Positions 11,939-29,900 of a DNA stretch of 64,000 nt are shown here, in pieces. The stretch covers positions 1 through 64,000 of the forward strand of contig NIVC01002046.1 in the NCBI GenBank assembly GCA_002269645.1, in the 5' to 3' direction. This DNA is from Macrostomum lignano. Lineage: Eukaryota. Under the pieces are notes generated by a model. That model was not told the origin of the DNA, did no database searches, and saw only the letters and a program-made list of their open reading frames with translations. A program made the translations under genes and the position numbers. Within the stretch, counting starts at the first letter, position 1. The number at the start of each line of letters is the position of its first letter.

Positions 11939-12764
11939 TGAGGCCGACTCCCAAGGCACATAGAGTGTACATGCCTGACCTATTCGAAAGTCAAAGGGCT
12001 GCTGTACACCCTATGTGAGCGTGTATGAATGCTTGCCTGCGTATGCAGTATTGGCGCGCTTGCATTGTGCTCAGCAGTCAGCAGAATGGGCAGTGGGGGC
12101 ATGTTAGATAGAGGATTGCGAAAATGAATTAAGAGAGAAAGAATAGTCTTTGAATTTGATGCGACCTCCGGCTCTGCTTTCAATAATTCCCCTGCTGATG
12201 AAGCTGTTCCAAATGTCTATCGAACAGCATTCCATGCTGCTTGGAATGGGAAATCTGATAAAAGAAATCGTCTAGTCTTATCTAGAATCCTAGCAGTGGA
12301 TTAATAAAATTAATTAAAAATCTTAGTAAGGATTTTAGTCCTCTTCTTGATCTTCGTGACCGCCTTTTGTTTGTCTTGCTTACAAGTGACTGATTGGTCA
12401 AGGTTTTGCCTGGTAGAAGACTATTCATTATACAGTCAAGATAAAGATTTCTAGTGCTGTACTAAAAAGTACATTCAATACTTTATTTAGTGCTGCAGCT
12501 CTAGGAGTTTAGTCTCTTTGAGAATCGTTAAGAATGGTATATTGATTTTTGGCGTGATTGATCGCTATTAGACTGACGCTTAGATCTATTCTGGTAAAAG
12601 AGAAAGATTTTTTTAGTAAGAATCAAAAGGCTGTGAAGAGGTTAGAGGTATTCCTGGTGATAAAATCTGATTTAAAATACCGTATGCGTGACTTAACATG
12701 ATTTTACTATTAACCGATTCTACTCAATATTTCATGTATAATTTGTTTATTAATTTAAACAAAA

Positions 12765-18055
<5,291 letters not shown>

Positions 18056-18522
18056 ATTTTTAAAAAGCCAAGTTAAAAGAAAGCTTTTATTTCCAGGAAA
18101 TCCTGGTCGATAAAATCACCTTTTAAAAACATTTGCTTCGCTTGCTTTGTAAATTTTTTTTGAATTAGTTTTTGATATCAAATTGATTTGCTGCCTAATA
18201 TCTAGCATTTTGAGGGGTTCAGTCACTGACGATTAACTGCTATTAGCTAAAACTCAATATTATTGATTGGCGTGCGATCTTCATCAGTTCATTTTCGAAC
18301 TGTTGAGTTCCTCTGTATTTTGAAGTTTTCATTGACTTGTCTTCTTTTAGAATAAACTTTGAACTCCCCGTGTCCCGTGCTTTGCTTGATATTTACTGCT
18401 ATTTTAGTAAATAAATATCAAATTTTTACAATATACACTTGCTTATTATCATACGTATGCGTTTGCTCTTTTGATTTGTTGCCTGATGTAGCAGTCTATA
18501 TTTTGTGATAAATCAGGTAAAG

Positions 18523-19512
18523 ATGATAGACTAGCAATCCATTCAGTCAGTGATAGACTAGCAATCCATTCAGTCAGTGATAGACTAGCAATCCATTCAG
18601 TCAGTGATAGACTAGCAATCCAGTCAGTCAGTGATAGACTAGCAATCCATTCAGTCAGTGATAGACTAGCAATCCAGTCAGTCAGTGATAGACTAGCAAT
18701 CCATTCAGTCAGTGATAGACTAGCAATCCATTCAGTCAGTGATAGACTAGCAATCCATTCAGTTAGTGATAGACTAGCAATCCATTCAGTTAGTGATAGA
18801 CTAGCAATCCATTCAGTCAGTGATAGACTAGCAATCCATTCAGTTAGTGATAGTCTAGCAATCCATTCAGTTAGTGATAGACTAGCAATCCATTCAGTCA
18901 GTGATAGACTAGCAATCCATTCAGTCAGTGATAGACTAGCAATCCATTCAGTCAGTGATAGACTAGCAATCCATTCAGTCAGTGATAGACTAGCAATCCA
19001 TTCAGTCAGTGATAGACTAGCAATCCATTCAGTCAGTGATAGACTAGCAATCCATTCAGTCAGTGATAGACTAGCAATCCATTCAGTCAGTGATAGACTA
19101 GCAATTCATTCAGTCAGTGATAGACTAGCAATTCATTCAGTCAGTGATAGACTAGCAATCCATTCAGTCAGTGATAGACTAGCAATTAATTCAGTTAGTG
19201 ATAGACTAGCAATCCATTCAGTCAGTGATAGACTAGCAATCCATTCAGTCAGTGATAGACTAGCAATCCATTCAGTCAGTGATAGACTAGCAATCCATTC
19301 AGTCAGTGATAGACTAGCAATCCATTCAGTCAGTGATAGACTAGCAATCCATTCAGTCAGTGATAGACTAGCAATTCATTCAGTCAGTGATAGACTAGCA
19401 ATTAATTCAGTTAGTGATAGACTAGCAATCCATTCAGTCAGTGATAGTCTAGCAATCCATTCAGTCAGTAATAGACTAGCAATCCATTCAGTTAGTGATA
19501 GACTAGCAATCC
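18523..19512. repeat. 27-bp minisatellite (GATAGACTAGCAATCCATTCAGTCAGT), intergenic
   Basis: Direct inspection. Confidence 0.95.
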
Positions 19513-19594
19513 AGTTATAAAAGCATTTTGTGGATCTATGAAAGCATAAAGCAATAAATTCATCGTAATGGGCTTCAACTAACTGCATGATCCA

Positions 19595-20293
19595 ATGGCT
19601 CCAGTTAAGCAGGCGCTAAAAATGTATCAGAAAAAGAAAAATCAACAACACAAACCAGAAAATATGGGCAAGAGGAAAGAAACATCAATAAAGAAAACAG
19701 ACCCGGAACCGAAAGAATACGATTTCGACTCTAATTCCGACGCCGACTCAGACGAAGCGCCGCCTACCGCTGTTTCGTTTGGCGCCGCGCGCCAACTCGC
19801 CATCGATAGCGCCGCAAAGCAGCGCGAACAACTGGCAGTTGGCAACAATGCTAAACAGGTGATGCGAGCTCGCAGGCGGGACAGGCAAGAATCCAATAGA
19901 TTGATGAAGAAACCGAAGCCGATTACTATCCAGCCTCCGTCAGATGATGAAGCCGATTTTATTGGCAGTTTCAAACGCAAACCGGCGGATCCGTTGCCCG
20001 ATTTTATACCGATTCGATCTGATTCTGTTAATAGGGCCAAGCCGCCTCGGCCTCTAGTAGCTCAAAGTAGCGACGGCTCTGTGCAGTACATTCGAGATCC
20101 CGGCCAAGTCTATCTAGCTAGCAAGTGCTCAACTGCTCAAGCATTTCTTCAGGACCGATTTAATGGTCGTTGCGGAGTCCGTCGGAGCGCCGGTGGGCGT
20201 GACGGCGCCCAGGCCTACGTTAAATTGCACGACAAGCTGAGAACTGTGAAACGATTGGCTCGCACTACTGCCAGTAGTAGTAGCAGGGTTTGA
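19595..20293 (+). CDS. Single-exon basic/acidic protein, 232 aa, probably NOL7/Utp16(Bud21)-like U3-associated nucleolar protein
   Basis: Long non-repetitive ORF with a K-rich N-terminus, then DSDEAPPTAVSFGAARQLA...RARRRDRQ..RLMKKPK. This resembles my recollection of the NOL7 DEAPEExxFxxA...KEKRKRRE pattern. The start Met is uncertain. Confidence 0.55.
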   Translation: MAPVKQALKMYQKKKNQQHKPENMGKRKETSIKKTDPEPKEYDFDSNSDADSDEAPPTAVSFGAARQLAIDSAAKQREQLAVGNNAKQVMRARRRDRQESNRLMKKPKPITIQPPSDDEADFIGSFKRKPADPLPDFIPIRSDSVNRAKPPRPLVAQSSDGSVQYIRDPGQVYLASKCSTAQAFLQDRFNGRCGVRRSAGGRDGAQAYVKLHDKLRTVKRLARTTASSSSRV

Positions 20294-20891
20294 CGGCTGT
20301 AAATTAGTTTTCTTTACTGTGCACAACCAACTGCGTCATTGAATGAAGAATTCTAAAAAGCAAAAAAGAAAAGTTTGACAATTATAATCAATATTCTTTT
20401 GACGCTGTTGCACAGTTGAGTTTGTGCAGTTTTTGTCGAATTCTTGCGGTGCGCTGCTGTATCAAAAAGTTGACCTGAAATATAATAACCTACTAATTGG
20501 TATTGCAGCTAGTAGCTTTGCTTTCTGTGTGCTAGCAAAGTAACTTCTTGCTTATGCATTTTTCTTGTCCTATTGAGCTTGTTTTTTTGCTTGTTGTTGT
20601 TTCTCATTTTCAATCTACCAGTCTAACTAATTATCACTTGTTAGCTTGAATAAATTAGGTTTTTACGAGGGACAACAGCATTGGCCCCCGCTTGTTTGTG
20701 CCGTCAGCGCTGTTTGTGGGTAGTAGGCTAATGTCTTCTCGATGTCTAAAGATAATTAAGAATCTAAAGTCAAGGCCGCTTTATACTCTGCGTGAGCTTG
20801 TGTGTGCTCAGCGGTCAGCGGTATGTGGGATTTAACTGCTTGCCTTCTATTACATTCATGCTGCGCTAATTGATCAGTACGAAGAACAATT

Positions 20892-21473
20892 ATGCCTCTA
20901 AAATGGCTGTTTCTAACGATCTATATTTGCCTATGGCTGTCATTTTGCGTTGTAAACACAATTTCGACAATAATAATGCCGCCTAACGACCCATGTAATG
21001 AGACGAGATGCTCTGCTAATCGCAGTTACTATGGCCAGGATAAAACGTGTCAAAGCTGCGAACCTTGTTGGAATCAATCTGCAATTAGCAAAGCAATTTG
21101 CAGTAAGGTTTTCAAGCTTGGCTGCTGCAATGAGTCTATTAATTTTGCTCATACCGGTAGTACTACCGATCTGCCGGCTACAACGTCTTTGCCGTTCTCA
21201 AATACTTCCGGCTCGGTTAGCAATGATTCGTCTGAGCTGTCACATCGGTCAACAATTGGTAAAATTTTAGTACCACTTGCTATTGTCATCATTGTTCTCG
21301 CTATCGGGCTAGGACTAAAGCTAGTCTTACCAGTACTTTATCGGCAATATCGGTCCAGAAGTTCAACTAACCTAGATGTACGAAATAATGGTAGCCATGC
21401 TCATCCAACGAGCACAAATCCACCGGACGAAACAATTCCATTTAACGAGCTGAAAGAATCCAACTCGGCTTGA
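20892..21473 (+). CDS. Type I membrane protein, 193 aa: signal peptide, one Cys-rich TNFR/Grindelwald-like domain, S/T stalk, TM and short tail
   Basis: Hydrophobic N-terminus, C-x4-C-x12-C-x2-C-x2-CW motif, TM ILVPLAIVIIVLAIGLGLKLVLPVLY followed by RQYR. A possible 5'UTR intron lies at 20821-20877 (GTATGT..CTAAT..CAG). Confidence 0.75.
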   Translation: MPLKWLFLTIYICLWLSFCVVNTISTIIMPPNDPCNETRCSANRSYYGQDKTCQSCEPCWNQSAISKAICSKVFKLGCCNESINFAHTGSTTDLPATTSLPFSNTSGSVSNDSSELSHRSTIGKILVPLAIVIIVLAIGLGLKLVLPVLYRQYRSRSSTNLDVRNNGSHAHPTSTNPPDETIPFNELKESNSA

Positions 21474-21918
21474 AGAAGCGGTCGAGCTGCGGCAGTTTGT
21501 TAGTTGATTGAATGCTCCAGTCAACGATTTGTGTGCTTTGCTTATCTCTTTTTTAAACAGTATTTTTTGGTGTTCAGTTTTTATAGATGCTTCCTTTCTG
21601 GTTACAGATGCATTTCTCTTTACCTACGCGTGGTCTTTACTTTTTTCTTTAAAGCTTTTTATTAAAAATGAAAATATATTGATATGCTGACGTTTATGTC
21701 GAAATTGTAATCTATACATATAAAATACAATATGTACTATATTTATTTACTTATTTATTACCTTGTTGTATAGATAGCCTAGGTGAATAAATTATATTGA
21801 TTCTATTGATTTATTGCATAATAGCTCGCTGGTTAATTTCAACGAAAAATAACTTTTTATGATTGCAGTCAAACCAACCATCGAATGTTGTGTGAAGTCG
21901 TGGAATAAAAATAACACT

Positions 21919-22562
21919 ATGCCTTGTCTGACACCTGTTGTAATTATTTCTGTTGCCTTAATTATTGCGCAAGGTCTGGCCTCCGGCGCTTCGTTAGGAA
22001 ATTATCACAGCGGCTCAGATCTGATAGAGCCAAATTATAATTGCTCTACTTATCTGCGTCGGCAGTGCATTCTAAATGCGTCGTATTGCTCCGTTAATGA
22101 CACCTGCGAGAGTTGCGACCCTGCTGGTTTGATTGCGCCGATTCTAATTGCTACGAATTGTGTCATAAAATTACTTGGCTAGGCTATTGTAATAAGCGGA
22201 GCGATTCTCGTGCGCTTAAACATCGTAGAAGTGACAAGCAAGCCCTGGCTTCTGTTAGTAGCCCCGCTTCTTCGCATACCAATTCCAATGGAAAAGTGTC
22301 TGGAGAAACCGTAGCCGGCATCGTAATTGGCGGTCTTCTGCTTCTAGTCATGGCAGCGATTGGCACTTTGCTGCTGGTTAAATCCTACCAACGATCGCAT
22401 AGCAACGATGTGGAGAAGCAGGGTTCGGTAACACCCGACGAAAAGAAGAAAGAGATGGGACCGGCTGTTGGCCTGCCAGACGGGCTGGATGTGTCCGGGT
22501 TGGAGCTGACTTCCGGTACGGATGACTCAATCTCGGAGAGCTTCGACCTTGGACCCAAGTGA
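21919..22562 (+). pseudogene. Paralogous Cys-rich type I receptor with a 1-nt frameshift at ~22119-22122 (pseudogene or sequencing indel)
   Basis: The signal-peptide frame (MPCLTPVVIIS...TCESCD) joins the next frame (PCWFDC...VAGIVIGGLLLLVMAAIGTLLLV) if one base is added to GACCCTGC. This recreates the CxxCxPCW motif of the upstream paralog. Confidence 0.7.
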
Positions 22563-22945
22563 TAGCTCAATCTTTATTACGTCGGACGTTTATGACCTTG
22601 GGTGCACCGATTCAAAATTCCATCGGAGTGTTATGACCTTGAAGGGGCAAGTGACTCCATCTTAAAATCCATCGAAGGGCTATGAACTTGAAAGGGGCAA
22701 GTGACCACAATCCATCGGAGGGCTATGACCTTGAGGGTGCTATGACCTTAAAGATGCTATGACCTTGAGGGTGCTATGACCTTGGGGGTGCTATGACCTT
22801 GAGGGTGATATGACCTTGAGGGTGATATGACTTTGAGGGTAATATGACCTTGAGGCTGCTATGACCTTGAGGCTGCTGTGACCTTGAGGGACGGTGCAAG
22901 TGACTCCATATTTAGTACGTTGGAAGGGCTATGACCTTGAGTGGA
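22520..22945. repeat. Degenerate repeats (~45-50 bp units collapsing to 17-bp ATGACCTTGAGGGTGCT) overlapping the 3' end of the second receptor gene
   Basis: TCGGAGAGCTTCGACCTTGGACCCAAGTGA (gene end) versus TCGGAGGGCTATGACCTTGA..GCAAGTGA (downstream units). Confidence 0.7.
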
Positions 22946-23901
22946 CAAGTGTCTTTAGTGCTCAAGAGCGCTGTGAGTTCCGTGAGACAATCAATTAATA
23001 AGAAATTTCTTAAAGTTAGATGATAAGAACTGACCATATTCGTTTTTATTTGTCAATCATCCCGTCATCTAATATAGACATCTTCATAAAAAAAATTACG
23101 AACGCATGTGTGTATTTTACAGAATAAAAAAAGAAATTTCAAATAGCAAATTCCATTGATTTTTGTTTAAGACAGTTTTTTCAACTATAGCTCCCAATCG
23201 AGTTATTATGAGCTTCGCTACGAAAACATTAATCCATGAGTTTAATTATACATCTTTCTCACTTCAATTCCGTTTTCATTTGAAAGATTGCGTCTTCAAA
23301 TTTAGCTATTAATAATGCATTTTTAGTTCAAACAAGTTTTGGAATCATCAATATAGTCTAGTGTTTTTTTTGAGCTTTCAGTTTTTTCTATTTTTTTCTA
23401 TTTATTTTAAACTATCTAATATATTTTTTATTTGCATTTTTCCTAAGTTTGAGCCTAATGGATAATAAGATTGTACAATAAATCGATTTTTCAGTCTAAC
23501 ATGATTCTTTTTACAAAACTAGAAAACGGTTGTCACTTTTGTTTTACTCTTATCTCACTATATTTGTATAGTATTAAGAGACTTCCGCGCCCTAAGTATG
23601 GTTGAGATTGATACTTTCAACGACTTGATATTGATGAGATTGTGAGACCTTTGCACCATCGATGAGATTGTGAGACTTCGATCGATCAGTTTGAGACTGA
23701 GAGACTTCCACACCATAGATCAGTTTGAGAGACTTCCACACCATAAATCAGTTTGAGAGACTTCCACACCATAGATTGAGACTTCAGTACCCCTAGTCCC
23801 CTAGCTAAGCTCTAAATAGCTCGTAAATTAGGCAACAGCTAAAGTACATTTGAACTGAAATAGCACTGTCCCCATCCCCAATCCCTCAGTTGACCCCGCA
23901 G

Positions 23902-26900
23902 GATTCCAAGCGTCGCTTCTCTGCGACGCCGACGCTGTCGACAAATGTCGATGACGCTGCCTACGCCGTCCACAACTGCGCCGATCCTCCTTCCGACAGC
24001 TACGAAGGCCATCGTCGCTGGAACAATCTCTCCGTCGTCAGTCCGTCATCCGACCTTCTGACTGTTGCATCGTCGCGTCGTTTCAGTTCCACGCCCGACG
24101 TACTCGCCGATCTGCGCGGCGCCGACTGCTGTCAGGACGAGGAGGACGATCGTCGACAGGTTATTCAGCAGCGCAGGCGCGGCGGCTCGATCAGGTCGCT
24201 GTTCCCTCATCTGGACAGTCGGCCTGACGATACCCCAAGCCCATCGGGCACGTCAGCAGCAGCAGCAGCCGTTTCCTCCGAGCTGTCTCCCTCGGCGGCC
24301 GGTGTAAAAGTCGCCGTTCGGATTCGCCCGCTAGTTGAACGCGAACTGCAGACTTTGGCGTCGGCAACGGCTGGCAGTAATTCAACGGTGGTGAGCGTGT
24401 CCTCGGATGACCCTAAGACTCTGCTAGTGCATCAGCCGTCGACCGCGAATATTCTTTCATTTTGCTTCGATCACTGCCTGGATTCAACCAACCCCAAGTC
24501 GGAGACCTACGCAGATCAGAACAGCGTCTACGAGAAAGTCGGCCTGCCACTGCTGGACAAGTGCTTGGCGGGATATAACTGCTGCCTGTTTGCCTACGGC
24601 ATGACGTCGTCTGGCAAGACGCATACCGTCATGGGAGCGCCTGTTGGCGATGACAGAGGCCTGCTTCCCAGGTTTCTGCAGGACCTGTTCCAGGGCAAGG
24701 AGATTATTGAGGATCAGTGCGAGCAGCTGCAGGTGAGAGGGGCCCTGTTTATTGTGGCACAGGATTTGTCTTTTAGTAGCCTCCCCTGTCTTAATGTAGC
24801 CTCTGTTGCTATCCGCCCCCTGTCCTACAGTAGCTTCTGTTGCTATCCGCCCCCTGTCCTACAGTAGTAGCTTCTGTTTCTATCCGCCCACTTTCCTACA
24901 GTAGCTTCTGTTGCTATCCGCCCCCTGTCCTACAGTAGCTTCTGTTGCTATCCGCCCCTGTCCTACAGTAGCTTCTGTTGCTATCCGCCCCCTGTCCTAC
25001 AGTAGCTTCTGTTGCTATCCGCCCCCTGTCCTACAGTAGTAGCTTCTGTTGCTATCCGCCCCCTGTCCTACAGTAGCTTCTGTTGCTATCCGCCCCCTGT
25101 CCTACAGTAGCTTCTGTTGCTATCCGCCCCCTGTCCTACAGTAGCTTCTGTTGCTATCCGCCCCCTGTCCTACAGTAGCTTCTGTTGCTATCCGCCCCCT
25201 GTCCTACAGTAGTAGCTTCTGTTGCTATCCGCCCCCTGTCCTACAGTAGCTTCTGTTGCTATCTGCCCCCTGTCCTACAGTAGCTTCTGTTGCTATCCGC
25301 CCCCTGTCCTACAGTAGCTTCTGTTGCTATCCGCCCCCTGTCCTACAGTAGCTTCTGTTGCTATCCGCCCCCTGTCCTACAGTAGCTTCTGTTGCTATCC
25401 GCCCCCTGTCCTACAGTAGCTTCTGTTGCTATCCGCCCCCTGTCCTACAGTAGCTTCTGTTGCTATCCGCCCCCTGTCCTACAGTAGTAGCTTCTGTTGC
25501 TATCCGCCCCCTGTCCTACAGTAGCTTCTGTTGCTATCCGCCCCCTGTTCTACTGTAGCCTCTGTTGTTATCCGCCCCTGTCCTACAGTAGCTTCTGTTG
25601 CTATCCGCCCCCTGTCTCTACAGTAGCTTCTGTTTCTATCCGCCCCCTGTCTCCTCCAGTAGCCACTGCTATCCGCCCCCTGTCCTACAATTGCTTCTGT
25701 TGCTATCCGCGCGTTGTCCTACTGTAGTTACCGCTATCCGCCCCTGTCCCGCCCGCCCAGGTGGACATATCCTACTACGAGATCTACAACGAACGAATCC
25801 ACGACCTCCTAGCGGCCAGTCACGATAAAAGTCTGCGCAAGGTGTCCCTAAAGGTACGCGAGCACCCTACTAAAGGCCCGTTCGTCGAAGGCCTGTCGGT
25901 TTATTCGAATGTAAGAACCTACGCTGACGTCATGACTTGGCTAGCTCTTGGCAACAAGCAGCGGGCCACGGCTAGCACAGATGTGAATCAGGTCAGCTCG
26001 CGCTCTCACACCGTTTGCACTCTCGGCTTGAAAAAGTTGCGCATAGTGGACGATGAGAATAAGCAGCAACAGCAACAGACAGCAACGAACACTAGCAGCT
26101 CAGCCTCCTCTGTGCAGCTGTGCATATCCAGTAGGGTTAATATTGTAGACTTGGCTGGCAGCGAGAGGCAAAGCGTTGCTGGCACCACCGGGGACCGGCT
26201 TCGCGAAGGATCCAATATTAACAGAAGCCTGTTGACCCTCGGCAAAGTGATCAGTCTGCTCAGCGAACGCGTAGCTAACGAGGCTGGTGTGAATTCGTCC
26301 GCTAAGAAGTCTAATAATCAGCATATACCTTATCGAGAGTCTATGCTTACCTGGTTGCTAAGGGACAGTTTAGGTGGCAACAGTCAGACTGTGATGATTG
26401 CAACTGTGTCGCCAGCTCCGCAGCATATCGATGAGACATTGAGTACCCTGCGCTATGCTACCAAGGCTCGCTCCATTGTTAATCTGGTGCGGGTTAACGA
26501 GGACAAATCAGCCTGTATGATTCGGAGTGAGTCTCCTCGCCCGTCTGCGTTTGCTTTGCAGAGGCTATGGGATTCTTCCTGTGTCTCAGTGTGGGTTTTT
26601 CCTGTGTCACAGTGTGGGATTCTTTCTGTGTCTCGGTGTGGGATTCTTCCTGTGTCTCAGTGTGCGATTCGTCATGTGTCTCGTTGTGGGATTCTTCCTG
26701 TGTCTCGGTGTGGGATTCTTCCTGTGTCTCGGTGTGGGATTCTTCATGTGTCTCAGTGTGGGATTCTTCCTGTGTCACGGTGTGAGATTCTTTCTGTGTC
26801 TCAGTGTGGGATTCTTCATGTGTCTCAGTGTGGGATTCTTTATGTGTCTCAGTGTGAGATTCTTTCTGTGTGGGATTCGGTGTGGGATTCTTGTGTCTCA

Positions 26901-29900
26901 GTGTGGGATCCTTCCTGTGTCACGGTGTGGGATTCTTCCTGTGTCACGGTGTGGGATTCTCCCTGTGTCTCAGTGTGGGGATTCTTCATGTGTCTCAGAG
27001 TGGGGATTCTTCATGTGTCTCAGAGTGGGGATTCTTCATGTGTCTCAGAGTGGGGATTCTTCATGTGTCTCAGTGTGGGATTCTTTATGTGTCTCAGTGT
27101 GGGATTCTTGTGTCGCAGTGTGGTATTCTTCCTGGTGTGAGATTCTTCATGTGTCTCGGTTCGGGATTCTTTCTGTGTCTCTATGTGGGATTCTTCATGT
27201 GATTCGGTGTGGAATTGTTCCTGTTTCACGGTGTGGGATTCTTCATGTGTCTTAGTGTGGGATTCTTCCTGTGTCTCAGTGTGGGATTCTTCATGTGTCT
27301 CAGTGTGGGATTCTTTATGTGTCTCAGTGTGAGATTCTTTCTGTGTGGGATTCGGTGTGGGATTCTTGTGTCTCAGTGTGGGATCCTTCCTGTGTCACGG
27401 TGTGGGATTCTTCCTGTGTCACGGTGTGGGATTCTCCCTGTGTCTCAGTGTGGGGATTCTTCATGTGTCTCAGTGTGGGGATTCTTCATGTGTCTCAGAG
27501 TGGGGATTCTTCATGTGTCTCAGAGTGGGGATTCTTCATGTGTCTCAGAGTGGGGATTCTTCATGTGTCTCAGTGTGGGATTTTTTATGTGTCTCAGTGT
27601 GGGATTCTTGTGTCGCAGTGTGGTATTCTTCCTGGTGTGAGATTCTTCATGTGTCTCGGTTCGGGATTCTTTCTGTGTCTCTATGTGGGATTCTTCATGT
27701 GATTCGGTGTGGAATTGTTCCTGTGTCTCGGTGTGGGATTCTTCCTGTGTCTCGGTGTGGGATTCTTCCTGTGTCTCAGTGTGGGATTCTTCCTGTGTCT
27801 CAGTGTGGGATTCTTCTTGTGTCTCAGTGTGGGATTCTTCATGTGTCTTAGTGTGGGATTCTTTCTGTGTCTCAGTGTGGGATTCTTCATGTGTCTTAGT
27901 GTGGGATTCTTCATGTGTCTCAGTGTGGGATTCTTCATGTGTCTCCGGGTGGGATTCTTCGTGTGTCTCGGTGTGGGATTCTTCATGTGTCTCGGTGTGG
28001 GATTCTTCAAACCGGTGTCTTTTTTAATCAAATAAAAATATTATCCGAATCCAAAATTATTCGCCGCAGCTCTGCAAGCAGAACTGGAGCGGCTCCGTCA
28101 GAAGCAGCTGGCCAGCAGCAGCGGCAGCGAACAGTCGGAGGCGGCCGTCGCCCTGGCGCAGGACAATGCGCGCCAGGCGCTGGAGATTTCTGATCTGCGC
28201 GACCAGCTGCAGGCCTGCAAACTGCAGGCGGAGGAGTTGGAGAACTGGAAGCTGGCGCGACTGCAGGCGGAGGCTGTTAAGGAGAACTGCCCGGTGAGAT
28301 TTTGCTGGGGTTGTCAATCTGCCAAGCTGTCTGTCTAGCTACTCATGTGTCACTTCTACCATCATGAGAATCTCACATCTGCCATCCCGAGAATCTCACA
28401 TCTGCCATCATGAGAATCTCGCATCTACCACCATGAGAATCTCACATCTACCATCATGAGAATCTCACATCTACCATAATGAGAATCTCACATCTACCAC
28501 CATGAGAATCCCACATCTACCATCATGAGAATCTCACATCTACCATCATGAGAATCTCACATCTACCATCATGAGAATCTCACATCTACCATCATGAGAA
28601 TCTCACATCTACCATCATGAGAATCTCACATCTACCATACTAATTAAAGAAAGTACAAAATAACCTTGCAGGCGGCTTCCTCGGACACCGGCAGTCAGAC
28701 AACCCCAAAAGTGTCAGCCACAATATCCACCTCTCCACCCGTGTCAGCCGCCGTTGTCAATCCAGCCGCTCCATCAACGCCATTACGGCATCGCCAGTTG
28801 TCCATCGTTGACGGCGGTTGTACAGCATCGGCGAATTTGCGTCGATTGAGTTCAACAGCAGCAGCTGGACTGTCAGCAGTTTCGGCTAACGTTTCGTTGG
28901 CTAATTCCTCTATAGGCTCATTCTCCCCTATGCTGGCTCCCATCAGCCCGGCGGCAGCTCTGGAGGAGTGCTTAGTTGGCCTGCAAGGCAGTCGCGTACT
29001 GTTAGAGACCTGCTTTAACTCCGTGTTAGCTTGGACACCCGCCGATGTGATGCTGGCCCATCTGCACAGTGTATTGGCCGCGTTGATCTCGGCTGCTGAG
29101 GATGACAATGCTGAGCAGCAGCAGCAGCAGGATGACTCTTTGATTGCTTCGGTCAGTCGGACGGCTACGGATCCGCTGAGGTGCATTCGAGTGGCCGCCG
29201 CTGTGCAAGGATTGCTGCACGCGTTCCCGCTGCTGGTGCTGCTGGGTGAGCCTTGGGTGCGCTCCAGTGTGCTGGGGTATGGGATTAAAGTGTGGGATGT
29301 GGGATTCTGATGTGTGGGGTATGGGGTTCTGAAGTGTGGGGTGTGGGTGTGGGATTCTGAAGTGTGGGGTGTGGGGTTCTGAAGTGTGGGGTGTGGGGTT
29401 CTGAAGTGTGGGGTGTGGGTGTGGGATTCTGAAGTGTATGGGGTGTGGGGTATGGGGTTCTGAAGTGTGGGGTTTGGGTTATGAGATTCTGAAGTGTATG
29501 GGGTGTGGGGTTTGGGATTCTGAAGTGTATGGGTGTGGGATTCTGAAGTGTGGGGTTTGGGGTATGAGATTCTGAAGTGTATGGGGTGTGGGGTATGGGA
29601 TTCTGAAGTGTATGGGGTGTGGGGTATGGGATTCTGAAGTGTATGGGGTGTGGGGTATGGGATTCTGAAGTGTGAGGTGTGGGGTATGGGATTCTGAAGT
29701 GTATGGGGTGTGGGGCATGGGATTCTGAAGTGTATGGGGTGTGGGGTATGGGATTCTGATGTGTGGGGTGTGGGGTATGGGATTCTGAAGTGTATGGGGT
29801 TTGGGGCATGGAGTTCTGAGGTGTGGGGTATGGGATTCTGATTTGTGGGGTATGGTATTTTGAAGTGTGAGTGTGGGGCATGGGATTCTGATGTGTGGGG

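Noticed and set aside
10933-12300. Short ORFs 10933-11331 (+), 10992-11267 (-) and 11980-12183 (-) as a possible gene
   Set aside because: No recognisable domain or consistent splice chain; cannot be supported without transcript data.
18523-19512. Regular 27-35 bp repeats (also 32657-34080, 49600-50740, 53705-54035) resembling CRISPR arrays
   Set aside because: Units are head-to-tail with no unique spacers, there are no cas genes, and the context is eukaryotic.
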